Source of the DNA: Flavobacteriia bacterium
GTDB lineage: Bacteria; Bacteroidota; Bacteroidia; Flavobacteriales; Flavobacteriaceae
Length of the DNA stretch: 64,000 bases
Assembly (NCBI GenBank): GCA_030625645.1
Contig: DAOUQH010000001.1
Location: forward strand, 22,331-86,330
Direction of reading: 5' to 3'
Both the position numbers and the translations under genes were made by a program. Below the pieces are notes generated by a model. That model saw nothing but the letters and a program-made list of their open reading frames with translations, did no database searches and was not told the DNA's origin. This document shows, piece after piece, positions 48,256 through 58,518 of this stretch (position 1 is the stretch's first letter; every line of letters begins with the position of its first letter).

Positions 48256-48297
48256 ACGATTATTAACACGAAATTAACGATTATTAACACAAAATTA
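48256..48297 (+). repeat. 21-bp tandem direct repeat in the susC leader
   Basis: ACGATTATTAACACGAAATTA followed by ACGATTATTAACACAAAATTA (1 mismatch). Confidence 0.8.
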
Positions 48298-48305
48298 TTC
48301 AGATT

Positions 48306-51300
48306 ATGAGACAAAAGTTTACGTTCTCTTTACTGGTATTTTTTATGACAGCAGCCCAATTGTTGTTTGCACAAGCAGCAACAGTTACGGGTACAGTTAC
48401 GGATGCTTCCGGAGCTGCATTGCCTGGTGTAAATATATTAGTTAAAGGAACAAACAACGGGGCAGCAACCGATTTTGATGGAAATTATGAAATTCTAGCC
48501 GCACAAGGTGATGTATTAGTTTTTTCTTTTATCGGTTTTGCAAACAAAGAAGTTACTGTATCAGGAAATACAGTTAATGTTACTTTAGCAGAAGATGCAA
48601 ACGAACTCGACGAGGTTGTTGTTACAGCCTTTGGTATTAAAAAATCTACAAAAGAATTAGGTTATTCTGTTTCACAAGTAAAAACAGAAGATTTAGATTT
48701 ATCAGGTCAAACCAATGCAGTTTCTGCATTACAAGGTAGAGTTGCGGGTTTAACAATTGCTCCAACTTCAGGTACAGCAGGTGGTAGTGTTGATATTTTG
48801 ATTAGAGGGGTTTCCTCAATGAACCCTGGTCAGAATAACCAACCTTTAATTATTGTTGATGGAGTTTCTATTAACAATGATACTGGTCAAGCTAGTTTAG
48901 CACCATCGGCAGGTACTGGTTCTTCAGGAGCCACTTCTAATGCTCAATTTGGTCTTTCAAGTAGAGCAGGTGATATAAACCCAGAAGATATTGAAACGTA
49001 TAATGTTTTAAAAGGTACTGCTGCAACTGCTTTATATGGTATTAGAGGAGCAAATGGTGTGATTGTAATTACTACTAAAAAAGGAAAACAAGGTAAGGCT
49101 AAAATTAATTTTTCTGCTTCAACCACTTTTAGTAAAGTTACAAAAGCTCCAGAACAACAAAAATTATATCGTGAAGGTTATACGGGTATTCCTGAAGTTT
49201 TATATACGCCAGAAACAGAGACTGGATTTACAAAAGTATCAACTAGTACTCCTTTCCATACTTGGGGTCCGTTATATTCAGATGATGAATATATAAAATC
49301 TGATGGAACTAGAGTTGATTTATCAAACGACCGTTTTTACGATCCTTATGAATTATTTGGAACAGGGATAAACAATACAATAAATTTCAATATTGGTGGA
49401 GCAAATGAAAAATTAGATTATTATTTTTCTGTAGGTAATGTTGGTTCAGACGGAACTACTCCTGGAAACACTTTTGACAAAACATCTTTAAGATTTAAAG
49501 CTGGATTTCAAGTAACAGATAGATTTAAAATAAGTTCATCTATTCAATATACCAACTCTGATAATAGACAACCAGCAGGTGGGGATAAATCGGTAATGAG
49601 TGCATTGGCATATTATTCACCAACTTTCCCTATCAATGATTATATAAACCCTGATGGTTCACAACGAATTTTTACTCCATGGATTGATAGTCCTCGTTAT
49701 AATGCAGAGGTAAGTGGTCTAACTCAAGATACAAATCGTTGGATAGGAAATATTAATTTAAACTGGGCAGCAACTGAATGGATGAATGTTAATTATACTG
49801 CGCAAGTAGATAATTATACAGAATTGCTAAATCGTTTTGTTGCACCTGAATTAGATTTAGGATCTCAAGTAAACGGATCAATTACAAATCAATCAAAAGT
49901 ATATTTTGGATTAGAATCTAACTTAATTCTTACATTTAATAAAGATTGGACAGAAAAAATTCATAGTTCATTCCTTGTAGGTAATCAAATTACAGATTTT
50001 AAAAGAGATTATCAATGGCAACAAGGTGAAGGGTTTAATATTCCTCACTTTAATAATATGAGTAATACGGCAAATAGAACTGCTCAAAACTGGACAACTC
50101 AACAACGTTTGATTGGGGTATTTGGAGAAGCAAAAATTGATTATAATAATGTATTATTCTTAACTATTGCAGGTAGAAATGACTGGGATTCTACATTACC
50201 GGAAGGTAATAATAGTTTTTTCTATCCATCTATTAGTTTAGCTTGGGATGTGTCTGGTCTTTTTGGGGATGGCGATTTCTTTTCTTTTGGAAAATTAAGA
50301 GCATCTTATGCTGAGGTTGGAAATGGTACAACATTTGGTAAAACAGGTTTATTAGGAGAATATTTTTATCCTGCAAGTAGCTTCCCTTGGGGAGGAACAG
50401 GAGGTTTAGCAACAGATTCAAGTGTAGGTCACCCTGATTTAAAACCTGAACGTACAAAAGGTTGGGAAGTAGGAGCTGATTTACGTTTCTTTAGAAACCG
50501 TTTACGTTTTGACTATTCATATTATTTATCAGATACTTATGATGCAATTTTTAATGTACCTCTTGCTTATTCTACTGGGATTTCAAGATTTACAAGAAAC
50601 GCAGGTCATTATCAAGTTAGTGGTCATGAATTGATGATTAGCGGAGATGTGATAAAAAATGATAAATTTACATGGGAATTAGTTTATAATTTCAGTACAA
50701 ACGAAGGTAAAGTTGTTGAATTGCCAGAAGATGTAGGTAGTATGTATTTTTATGGAGATGGAGCACCTGAAATTTTCTTAGATTTAAAAGAAGGTGATAA
50801 AATGGGTACGCTTTATGGGTATAACTGGAAGTATGAAAATGGTGAACGTTACATTGATGGAAATGGATACCCTACTTTAGATAGAGATGATGGATATCAA
50901 ATTGTTGGTAATGCAATGCCAGATTTTAATATGTCTATTGGTTCTAATTTTAGATGGAATAATTTTGGATTTCATTTCTTAGTTGAATGGCAAGAAGGTG
51001 GTGATAAATACAGTTGGGCACGTCGTACTATGATTAGAAATGGTACAAGTGCAGTAACCGAATTAAGAAATATTGATGATTATGTATTAGATGGTGTAAT
51101 GGAAGATCCTGCTAACCCAGGACAATTTATTACAAATACAACTACTACAAGATATGGCTTAGATGAAAGTTATTATAGAAGTTGGTCTAGATTTACAGGT
51201 GCTGCAGAAGTATATTTACAAGATGCATCATTCGTAAAACTAAGAAATATTGGTGTATCTTATGATATTGCAGGTCATTTCTTAGAAAAAATAGGAATTA

Positions 51301-51470
51301 ATAGATTTACAGTTAATGCTTCTGCTTCAAATATTTTATTATGGACAGAGTATGATGGATTTGATCCAGAAGGAAGTGCATTTAGTGCAGGAAGTAATAT
51401 CTACGGATTTTCAGGAAGAAGTTTACCATTAACCGAAAATTATTCTTTTGGAGTATCCATAGGATTTTAA
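48306..51470 (+). CDS. susC: SusC/RagA family TonB-dependent outer-membrane transporter
   Basis: CarboxypepD_reg-like N-domain, LDEVVVTA, PLIIVDG, DINPEDIE..VLKG..ALYGIRGANGVIVITTKKG, terminal F. Confidence 0.95.
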   Translation: MRQKFTFSLLVFFMTAAQLLFAQAATVTGTVTDASGAALPGVNILVKGTNNGAATDFDGNYEILAAQGDVLVFSFIGFANKEVTVSGNTVNVTLAEDANELDEVVVTAFGIKKSTKELGYSVSQVKTEDLDLSGQTNAVSALQGRVAGLTIAPTSGTAGGSVDILIRGVSSMNPGQNNQPLIIVDGVSINNDTGQASLAPSAGTGSSGATSNAQFGLSSRAGDINPEDIETYNVLKGTAATALYGIRGANGVIVITTKKGKQGKAKINFSASTTFSKVTKAPEQQKLYREGYTGIPEVLYTPETETGFTKVSTSTPFHTWGPLYSDDEYIKSDGTRVDLSNDRFYDPYELFGTGINNTINFNIGGANEKLDYYFSVGNVGSDGTTPGNTFDKTSLRFKAGFQVTDRFKISSSIQYTNSDNRQPAGGDKSVMSALAYYSPTFPINDYINPDGSQRIFTPWIDSPRYNAEVSGLTQDTNRWIGNINLNWAATEWMNVNYTAQVDNYTELLNRFVAPELDLGSQVNGSITNQSKVYFGLESNLILTFNKDWTEKIHSSFLVGNQITDFKRDYQWQQGEGFNIPHFNNMSNTANRTAQNWTTQQRLIGVFGEAKIDYNNVLFLTIAGRNDWDSTLPEGNNSFFYPSISLAWDVSGLFGDGDFFSFGKLRASYAEVGNGTTFGKTGLLGEYFYPASSFPWGGTGGLATDSSVGHPDLKPERTKGWEVGADLRFFRNRLRFDYSYYLSDTYDAIFNVPLAYSTGISRFTRNAGHYQVSGHELMISGDVIKNDKFTWELVYNFSTNEGKVVELPEDVGSMYFYGDGAPEIFLDLKEGDKMGTLYGYNWKYENGERYIDGNGYPTLDRDDGYQIVGNAMPDFNMSIGSNFRWNNFGFHFLVEWQEGGDKYSWARRTMIRNGTSAVTELRNIDDYVLDGVMEDPANPGQFITNTTTTRYGLDESYYRSWSRFTGAAEVYLQDASFVKLRNIGVSYDIAGHFLEKIGINRFTVNASASNILLWTEYDGFDPEGSAFSAGSNIYGFSGRSLPLTENYSFGVSIGF

Positions 51471-51473
51471 AAA

Positions 51474-53006
51474 ATGATGATAAAGATGAAAAATTTTATT
51501 TTAAAAACAATTTTAATAGCATTGATAGCCGTAGGATTTACGAGTTGTGATGACTATTTAGACGTGAACACTCCTTCGGATGCAGTAAATGCGGAGGATG
51601 TTGATATGGCAGCTTTGATGGCTCCAATTATGCAAAAAACCGTATTTGCTAATTACTATGCTGAAGTAACATTTGGAAATTACTCACAATATTTTGGGGG
51701 TTATGGTAATGGTGCTGCTGGGAAAGCATCAAACCCTTCAACATGGAGTTATATTTATTTAAGTATTTTACCTAACATTAGAGCAATTGAATTAAAAGGT
51801 GGTAATGTAGGTGCAAAAAAATATATTGCCGTAGCACAAATATTAGAAGCTATTAATATGGGATTTGCAGTTGATAATTGGAATAATGTACCTTATTCTC
51901 AAGCAACAGATCCTTTTACTTATGTATATCCACAATTCGACGCAGGTCAGCAAGTTCAGACTGAAGTTATTGCTTTATTAGATCAAGCAATTGCAACATT
52001 AAATGGCTCAGATGATTCAGGTTTTAATATGGGATCTGAAGATTTGATTTATGGTTCTAATAGTTTTGATCAATGGAAAAAGGCTGCTTATACTTATAAA
52101 GCACGTATGCAATTACGATTAATGAATAAAGGCTTAGCAAGTCCAGCAGATGTTTTGGCTTCTATCGAAAATGGGTTTACTTCAAATGCTGATGATTTTG
52201 AATTAGCAATACCTAGTAATGTAATTAACCCTTGGTATGCTACTAATATTTTAGCTAGAAATACAGGTAATTATTACCGTGCTCCTAACGATCAAATTAT
52301 TACTATGATGAATGGTAAAACATATCCATTTGAGAGTGGAGTAGTAGAAATTGACCCAAGATTACCAGCAATTTATTCAAATGAAGGTGCTGATGGTGAT
52401 CCATGGAGAGGAGCAATGAATGGTGGAGAAGGAGAATCTTCTGATATTAAGGATGATAGTGATCCAGAAAATATTATTTATTATGCTGCCAATACTTTCT
52501 ATAAAGAAGGTGGTTTTTTAACTTCTGAATTTGCACCTATATCATTAATGTCTTATACCGAAGCAATGTTTATCAAAGCAGAAGCTTTGTTCTTAGCTAA
52601 TGGTGGAAATGAGACAAGTGTTGGTTCTTCTGCAGATGCTTATGCTGCATATAGAGCAGGAATTTCTGCAAGTATGAGTAAAATAGGTGTAAATGGTTCT
52701 AGTTATATGGCTGATACTTCTGTAGATGTTGGAGAAGAAGGATTGATGTTAAATCACATTATGAAAGAGAAGTATATTGCTAATATTCATAATACAGAAA
52801 CATATGCAGATTTCCGTCGTTATAATTTTTCTTCTGATGTTTTTAAAGGTTTAGCTTTACGTGTTGAAGCTGATGATTCTGAAGGTGAAATGGTAGGTAA
52901 ATGGTATCAAAGAGCTGTTTATCCAACTTCTGAAAAAACTGCGAATACAGATGTAGTTGATAGTAATTGGCAAGAGCCTGAAGTACCAGTATGGTGGGCT
53001 AACTAA
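51474..53006 (+). CDS. susD: SusD/RagB family nutrient-binding lipoprotein
   Basis: Lipobox GFTSC-DDYLDVN, VPYSQA, IMKEKYIA, PVWWA end; follows susC (start may be 51486). Confidence 0.92.
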   Translation: MMIKMKNFILKTILIALIAVGFTSCDDYLDVNTPSDAVNAEDVDMAALMAPIMQKTVFANYYAEVTFGNYSQYFGGYGNGAAGKASNPSTWSYIYLSILPNIRAIELKGGNVGAKKYIAVAQILEAINMGFAVDNWNNVPYSQATDPFTYVYPQFDAGQQVQTEVIALLDQAIATLNGSDDSGFNMGSEDLIYGSNSFDQWKKAAYTYKARMQLRLMNKGLASPADVLASIENGFTSNADDFELAIPSNVINPWYATNILARNTGNYYRAPNDQIITMMNGKTYPFESGVVEIDPRLPAIYSNEGADGDPWRGAMNGGEGESSDIKDDSDPENIIYYAANTFYKEGGFLTSEFAPISLMSYTEAMFIKAEALFLANGGNETSVGSSADAYAAYRAGISASMSKIGVNGSSYMADTSVDVGEEGLMLNHIMKEKYIANIHNTETYADFRRYNFSSDVFKGLALRVEADDSEGEMVGKWYQRAVYPTSEKTANTDVVDSNWQEPEVPVWWAN

Positions 53007-53033
53007 TATTAATTAGTATCTTTTATAAATATT

Positions 53034-53062
53034 AAAAACCTCAACGAAAGTTGGGGTTTTTT
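53034..53062 (+). terminator. Intrinsic terminator of susCD
   Basis: aaaaacctcaac-gaaa-gttggggtttttt. Confidence 0.85.
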
Positions 53063-53138
53063 GTTTTACCAATGTCTGGTTGAAACTTTACTTGATTTTT
53101 TTAACTATAAAGGAGTTTAAGATGAAGAAGGTTTAATA

Positions 53139-53440
53139 ATTTATCTGATGACTCTCTTTCCTGCTGCAATTCATCATCTGATAAATATGAGAGGATGAGG
53201 AGTCAGGGTTTCGCTATTTTGAGAGTGAGAATTAGCGAAGCCCTGACTATTTTGACTCAACATTTCAAAAATTAACAAATTCTTCTAAATAATACTCACG
53301 CGGTGAATCTAAGTTATGTGAAGATATTCACCCCGTGAGTAAAATAACAGCATTGAAATGAGAATCATCAGATGAATAACAAAACCAGAACCATTCATCA
53401 GATGACTAGCAATCGCAACGGATAGAGTCATTAGATGAAT
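53139..53440. repeat. Cluster of 13-16-bp inverted repeat pairs (REP/REPIN-like)
   Basis: Pairs at 53139-53186, 53201-53248, 53293-53341 and 53363/53393-53440. Confidence 0.75.
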
Positions 53441-53476
53441 ATCAAAAAATCCCTAAAGGAAAATGCCAATGTTTAA

Positions 53477-54826
53477 CTATCTTTCATAGATAATCCTCTT
53501 TTTTAAACTTCTATTATTAGCGATAATATGGAGTAAATATATTCCGGAAGGAATATTTGAAACAGAGCGAAGATCGATTTGAATATTTTGATTTCCAGTA
53601 GTTTTAAAGGTTTTGGTTTTATAAACACATTGTCCTTGTAAATTATAAATTTTGATATTTACATCTTGACTTTGACTTAAATCAATAGAAATATTAAGCT
53701 TATCCTTAAATGGATTAGGATAAATTTTCATCGAGTCAAAAGCTAAATCATCAACTCCAAGAGAACTACTATTTTTATAAAAAGTGTATGAAATACCTCC
53801 TTTATTAAACCAAGACTCTGTAATATCCTTTTTATCATATACAATAGCATATCCATTTCTGCTTCCTGGATTGTGTAAAATAGGTGTGCCATTACTATCA
53901 AATCCAGCGAGCATAATTAAATGTGCTCTAAACAGTGGAGGGCCAAGAGTCATTGCAATTCTCCCATCATTTTTTAAAACCTCATATACTTCGCTCCATG
54001 TTCTGTATCTGGTTACACTGCCTTCTAAACCGTATTCGGCGGCATGTTGTACAACTCGCGGCCAAACGCCATATAAACCCCAATAAGGATCTTTGGTTCT
54101 TACAGAGAATTGATAGGTATCAACTTCAATATCATAACTTTTAATAATCATTGAGGTTGTAGTTGGTGAGCAAATTGAACCTCCAATATCATCATCAACA
54201 TCATATTGGTACACAAAAGTTGTTGGAATAAATATTTCTGGTGGTTTATCGTTTATTATTGCGTTGATGTTTACATTATCAGTAGTTTTTGAATCGCTTA
54301 CAGAAAAACTAAGCTGTTTAATATTTGGTGATTTATATGTCGAACTATTTCTTTTAAAAAGAACTTTAAATTGATATTCTTTAACATATTGATCAAGTTT
54401 GGTATAATCAATATCTATTTTCCCTCCACTAAATATTGTATCTCCATAATTAGACCAAATATTTTTATCCCAAAATCCAACAGTGACCCATTTTGACCAA
54501 CCATAAGTCATTTTATAGCGCATCAAAACCTTAAAAGAAGATTGTTGATCTTTTGGTGCAAAGCCATTCCACGAAGGCAAACCTCTGTTAAATGGTTTTT
54601 CAAAACTAAAAGGTTTCAATGTAAAATATCCTTCTTTAGAATTTACATCTAATTCAATGCAATTATTAGTATAATTGAATGAAATATTTGAACTGGATTC
54701 AATATCATTTTTTAGTTGATCAACACCTTTAATGATAAATTGTTGATCTGGATAAACTTGAGAATTAATACTATTTTGAACTAAAAAGGTCAATAAAATA
54801 ATAAGAAGATGTAGTTTTATTTTCAT
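53477..54826 (-). CDS. C39-like cysteine peptidase with a T9SS type A C-terminal sorting domain
   Basis: Signal peptide, SICSPTT (Cys), AHLIMLAGFD (His), C-terminal IYPNP...IYNLQGQ...SGIYLL. Confidence 0.82.
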   Translation of the reverse strand: MKIKLHLLIILLTFLVQNSINSQVYPDQQFIIKGVDQLKNDIESSSNISFNYTNNCIELDVNSKEGYFTLKPFSFEKPFNRGLPSWNGFAPKDQQSSFKVLMRYKMTYGWSKWVTVGFWDKNIWSNYGDTIFSGGKIDIDYTKLDQYVKEYQFKVLFKRNSSTYKSPNIKQLSFSVSDSKTTDNVNINAIINDKPPEIFIPTTFVYQYDVDDDIGGSICSPTTTSMIIKSYDIEVDTYQFSVRTKDPYWGLYGVWPRVVQHAAEYGLEGSVTRYRTWSEVYEVLKNDGRIAMTLGPPLFRAHLIMLAGFDSNGTPILHNPGSRNGYAIVYDKKDITESWFNKGGISYTFYKNSSSLGVDDLAFDSMKIYPNPFKDKLNISIDLSQSQDVNIKIYNLQGQCVYKTKTFKTTGNQNIQIDLRSVSNIPSGIYLLHIIANNRSLKKRIIYER

Positions 54827-54884
54827 CTGAAAAATACAAGTTACAATTTTTGTAAAAATAAGTGTTTGAGACTAAAAAATTCGA

Positions 54885-55280
54885 TTATTGCATCAAAAAA
54901 ATTCCAAATACTATAAGTATAAAATAAATGGTGATGTTCATAGCTCCCGCATAATCTTTAGCAATTCGTTGACCAATCATTAATCCAATTAAAGTTATTG
55001 CAGCAAGAATTAGTCCGTATAATCCAAATTGTTTATTTTCTGAAGTTAGTATTTGAAAAATTCCGATAAGACTTACAATAATCGTAATAATCTCCAAAAT
55101 AATTACAATCCAAAGTGAGCTAGGAATGTATTTTTGTAAGAAAGTATTTTTAAAATGACTTTGATAAAAAGCAACACTGCTTTTCCATTTCAGCATTTTT
55201 TCCATTGCCGAATATGCAAAGGTTATGGTTATATAGGTTAGAATTAATATTTGTGCAGTATTTTGTGTAAATTGATTCAT
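54885..55280 (-). CDS. DoxX family membrane protein
   Basis: 4 TM segments, GQRIAKDYAGA motif. Confidence 0.8.
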   Translation of the reverse strand: MNQFTQNTAQILILTYITITFAYSAMEKMLKWKSSVAFYQSHFKNTFLQKYIPSSLWIVIILEIITIIVSLIGIFQILTSENKQFGLYGLILAAITLIGLMIGQRIAKDYAGAMNITIYFILIVFGIFLMQ

Positions 55281-55414
55281 AATAAAAAGTATTTATTTTC
55301 AAAAATAACTTAATTCTTTAAACCAGAGTTTAACAGAAGATTTAATTTATAGAATTCAAAAAAAAGATAAGATTTGAAGTCGGAAATATTAATATCTTTG
55401 GTCAAAAAATAAAT

Positions 55415-57754
55415 ATGCCTCTTTTTATTAAAAAGAATATTAATTATCTGTTTTCTCTAGTTTTGTTTTTAGCGACAAATTTATTGTTTTCTCAAACTGA
55501 TTTTAGCGATAAGTGGGAAGATTTCTATTCTTACAATAATGTAAAAGATTTTATAGTAAGCAATAATAAAATATATGCTGTTGCCGATAATGCTGTTTTT
55601 ATTTATGATAAAAACACAAATGATATTGAAAAATTTTCATCGGTGCACGGTTTGTCGGGTAAAACTTCTACGGCCATTTTTTATAGTGAAGATATCGAAA
55701 ATTTTGTTGTTGGCTATGAATCCGGATTGATTGAAATTGTTGATATAGACGGTAATATTACTATTGCAAATGATATTGAAAGATTAGATATTTCAGGATT
55801 AAAACAGATAAATCACATTAGTGAAAATAACGGCATTTTATACCTGTCAACTCCATTCGGAATTGTAGAATATAATTTAACCAATCTTCAATTTGGAGAT
55901 ACCTTTTTTATAGATCAAGGGTCAAAAGAGGTAATGGTAAATCAAACAGCAATTTTTAATGAAAGAATCTATGCTGCAACTCAAAAAGGAATATATTCAG
56001 CGGATATAAATAATTCGACATTAGTTGATTTTCACAATTGGGTGCAGCCAGTAGGGAGTTTTCTTGGAGATTTTAAAGCTATTAGTAATTTTAATGAAAA
56101 GTTGTATACTTCAAAAAATACAAATCTTTATGAGATTATTTCCCAAAGCCAATTGCAGCAAAAAAATATTTTCCCTCAAGAAATAATTAATTTAAAATCT
56201 TCAAGCGAATTTATTACAATTTCAACTTTGAAGAAAGCATTTATTTTAGATATAAATTTAAACGAACGATTACAGGTTTCAGCAACTTCAAAATATAATT
56301 TCACTTTACATACTGCCTATGCCGAAAGAGAAAATATTTATTTAGCAACGAATGAATTTGGTGTTTTAAATAGAACTTTTTTGGATAATAATTTTATTGA
56401 AATTCATCCTGAAGGACCAACATCAAATGATGTTTTTAATATATCAGCACAAAATAATCATCTTTGGCTTGTATATGGAGGATACCAATCTACAACTGCG
56501 CCATCAGGAATAAGAAAAGGTTATAGTCATTTTAATGGTGAGGAAGAATCTTGGGTTAATATGCCATATAATCCTAGCTTTCCTGCTTTAGATCTTAGTC
56601 ATATAACTATTGATCCAGTAAATGAAAATAAAGTATATATAAGTTCTATGCAGAGCGGTATTTTGGTTGTAGAGGATGATTTGCCTATAGTTATTTGGGA
56701 TGATACAAATAGCGGATTAGAATCTATTCCCGATTTTAGAAACTTTAGAATTAATGGTTCTGCCTTTGACACTCAAGGTAATTTATGGATAGCAAATATT
56801 GGTGTTGATGAAAGGCTTAAAAAAACAAATACAAATGGTAGCTGGAGAGGGTTTAACTTAAATTCAATTATCCCTCCAAATCCACCTTATGGTCTTTACG
56901 AATTAATTATTGATAAAACAGGCAGTGTTTGGATGGGTACAAGAGGAAAAGGGGTGTTGGTTTATAATGAAAACGGAAACAGACAAAGAGCTCTTAAAAC
57001 TGAAGCTACAAGAGGTTCTTTACCAGATCTAAATGTAAAGACTTTGGCAGTTGATAGAAATAATAGAATTTGGATAGGAACCAAAAAAGGAATGGTGGTT
57101 TATGGAAATGCCGCAGGGATATTTGAAGAAAGCATTTATGATGCAAGACCTGTTATAATTGAAGATGAGGGGATTCCAAAAAAATTACTAGGCGACCAAC
57201 CAATTAATACAATAGCAATTGATGGAGCAGATAATAAATGGTTTGGTACAGATACAGGTGGCGTACTTGGAACCAATAGCTTAGGAGATGAAACTTTGCA
57301 TAATTTTAATAAAGACAATTCACCATTAGCGTCCAATAGGATTCTAAAAATTTCTATCGATGACAGTTCAGGAAAAGTATTTGTTGTAACCGATAAAGGA
57401 GTGGTTGCTTTTAAGAATAATGTTGCTCCGTTTGGTAATACTTTATCAGATGTATATGCTTATCCAAATCCGGTAAAAAAAGAGGATTTAACAGTCACAA
57501 TTGATGGAAGAAAAAACAAAGATGGAGAGCAGGAGCATTTACCAAGAGGAACAAATATAAAAATTTTAGATACTGCCGGAAGATTAGTATTTGAAACAAA
57601 TGTAAGAGAGGGTGTTGGATCAAATGGAGGAATGGTTGTTTGGAATAAAACAAATTTAGCAGGTCATAAAGTTGCATCAGGAGTTTATATTGTTTTACTA
57701 ACTAGCCCTGATAAATCAGAAACCGCAATGACAAAAATTGCGATAATTAATTAA
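55415..57754 (+). CDS. porZ: T9SS anionic-LPS delivery protein PorZ-like (beta-propellers + CTD)
   Basis: WEDFYSY, repeated D..N.KW(I/F)GT propeller blades, YAYPNPV...VASGVY CTD; directly upstream of recO. Confidence 0.8.
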   Translation: MPLFIKKNINYLFSLVLFLATNLLFSQTDFSDKWEDFYSYNNVKDFIVSNNKIYAVADNAVFIYDKNTNDIEKFSSVHGLSGKTSTAIFYSEDIENFVVGYESGLIEIVDIDGNITIANDIERLDISGLKQINHISENNGILYLSTPFGIVEYNLTNLQFGDTFFIDQGSKEVMVNQTAIFNERIYAATQKGIYSADINNSTLVDFHNWVQPVGSFLGDFKAISNFNEKLYTSKNTNLYEIISQSQLQQKNIFPQEIINLKSSSEFITISTLKKAFILDINLNERLQVSATSKYNFTLHTAYAERENIYLATNEFGVLNRTFLDNNFIEIHPEGPTSNDVFNISAQNNHLWLVYGGYQSTTAPSGIRKGYSHFNGEEESWVNMPYNPSFPALDLSHITIDPVNENKVYISSMQSGILVVEDDLPIVIWDDTNSGLESIPDFRNFRINGSAFDTQGNLWIANIGVDERLKKTNTNGSWRGFNLNSIIPPNPPYGLYELIIDKTGSVWMGTRGKGVLVYNENGNRQRALKTEATRGSLPDLNVKTLAVDRNNRIWIGTKKGMVVYGNAAGIFEESIYDARPVIIEDEGIPKKLLGDQPINTIAIDGADNKWFGTDTGGVLGTNSLGDETLHNFNKDNSPLASNRILKISIDDSSGKVFVVTDKGVVAFKNNVAPFGNTLSDVYAYPNPVKKEDLTVTIDGRKNKDGEQEHLPRGTNIKILDTAGRLVFETNVREGVGSNGGMVVWNKTNLAGHKVASGVYIVLLTSPDKSETAMTKIAIIN

Positions 57755-57800
57755 TATTTTATTGTCTCATGCTAAAAGTTATAATGTCTAAAGTGGCAAT

Positions 57801-58517
57801 ATGCTAGTAAAAACAAAAGCAATTGTTTTAACTTCCATTAAATTTGGTGAAGCAGATTTGATTGTAAAATGCTATACGCTTGAAGGAGTAAAATCTTATT
57901 TATTAAAAGGTGTTTTAAAATCGAAAAGTAAAAAAATAAGTGCTGCATATTTTCAACCGCTTACAATATTAAACTTAACGGCAAACCATAATAACAAAGG
58001 CAACTTAAATTATATTAAAGAAGTGAGTGTTTCTTTTTTATTTCAAACTATTTCAACAAATATATTTAAACAAACTATTGCCATTTTTTTATCAGAAATA
58101 TTGGCATCTTCCCTACAAGAAGAAGATAGTAATCAAGATTTATTTTCATACCTCGAAACCGCCTTGAAATGGCTTGATATTCATGATAAAACAGCTAATT
58201 TTCACTTGCTGTTTATGTTAAATTTGACTAAGCATTTAGGCTTTTATCCTGAGATTAAAAATCAGGATGCTCACTTCTTTGATCTACAGGAAGGGTCCTT
58301 TACTTATGCTAAACCAAAATTTGATTATATATCAGGTGAAAAATTAAATTTATTCAAATCATTAATCGGCACAAATTTTGATATAATTCATAAGTTAAAT
58401 TTCAATGCAAATTCACGTCAATTAATTTTAGAAAAAATAATTATTTATTATGAATTACATTTACCTGGATTTAGAAAACCAAAATCTTTGGAAATTTTAA
58501 AAGAAGTATTCAAATAA
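57801..58517 (+). CDS. recO: DNA repair protein RecO
   Basis: TKAIVL..IKFGEADLI, FQPL, LGFYP, C-terminal KSLEILKEVF. Confidence 0.93.
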   Translation: MLVKTKAIVLTSIKFGEADLIVKCYTLEGVKSYLLKGVLKSKSKKISAAYFQPLTILNLTANHNNKGNLNYIKEVSVSFLFQTISTNIFKQTIAIFLSEILASSLQEEDSNQDLFSYLETALKWLDIHDKTANFHLLFMLNLTKHLGFYPEIKNQDAHFFDLQEGSFTYAKPKFDYISGEKLNLFKSLIGTNFDIIHKLNFNANSRQLILEKIIIYYELHLPGFRKPKSLEILKEVFK

Positions 58518-58518
58518 T

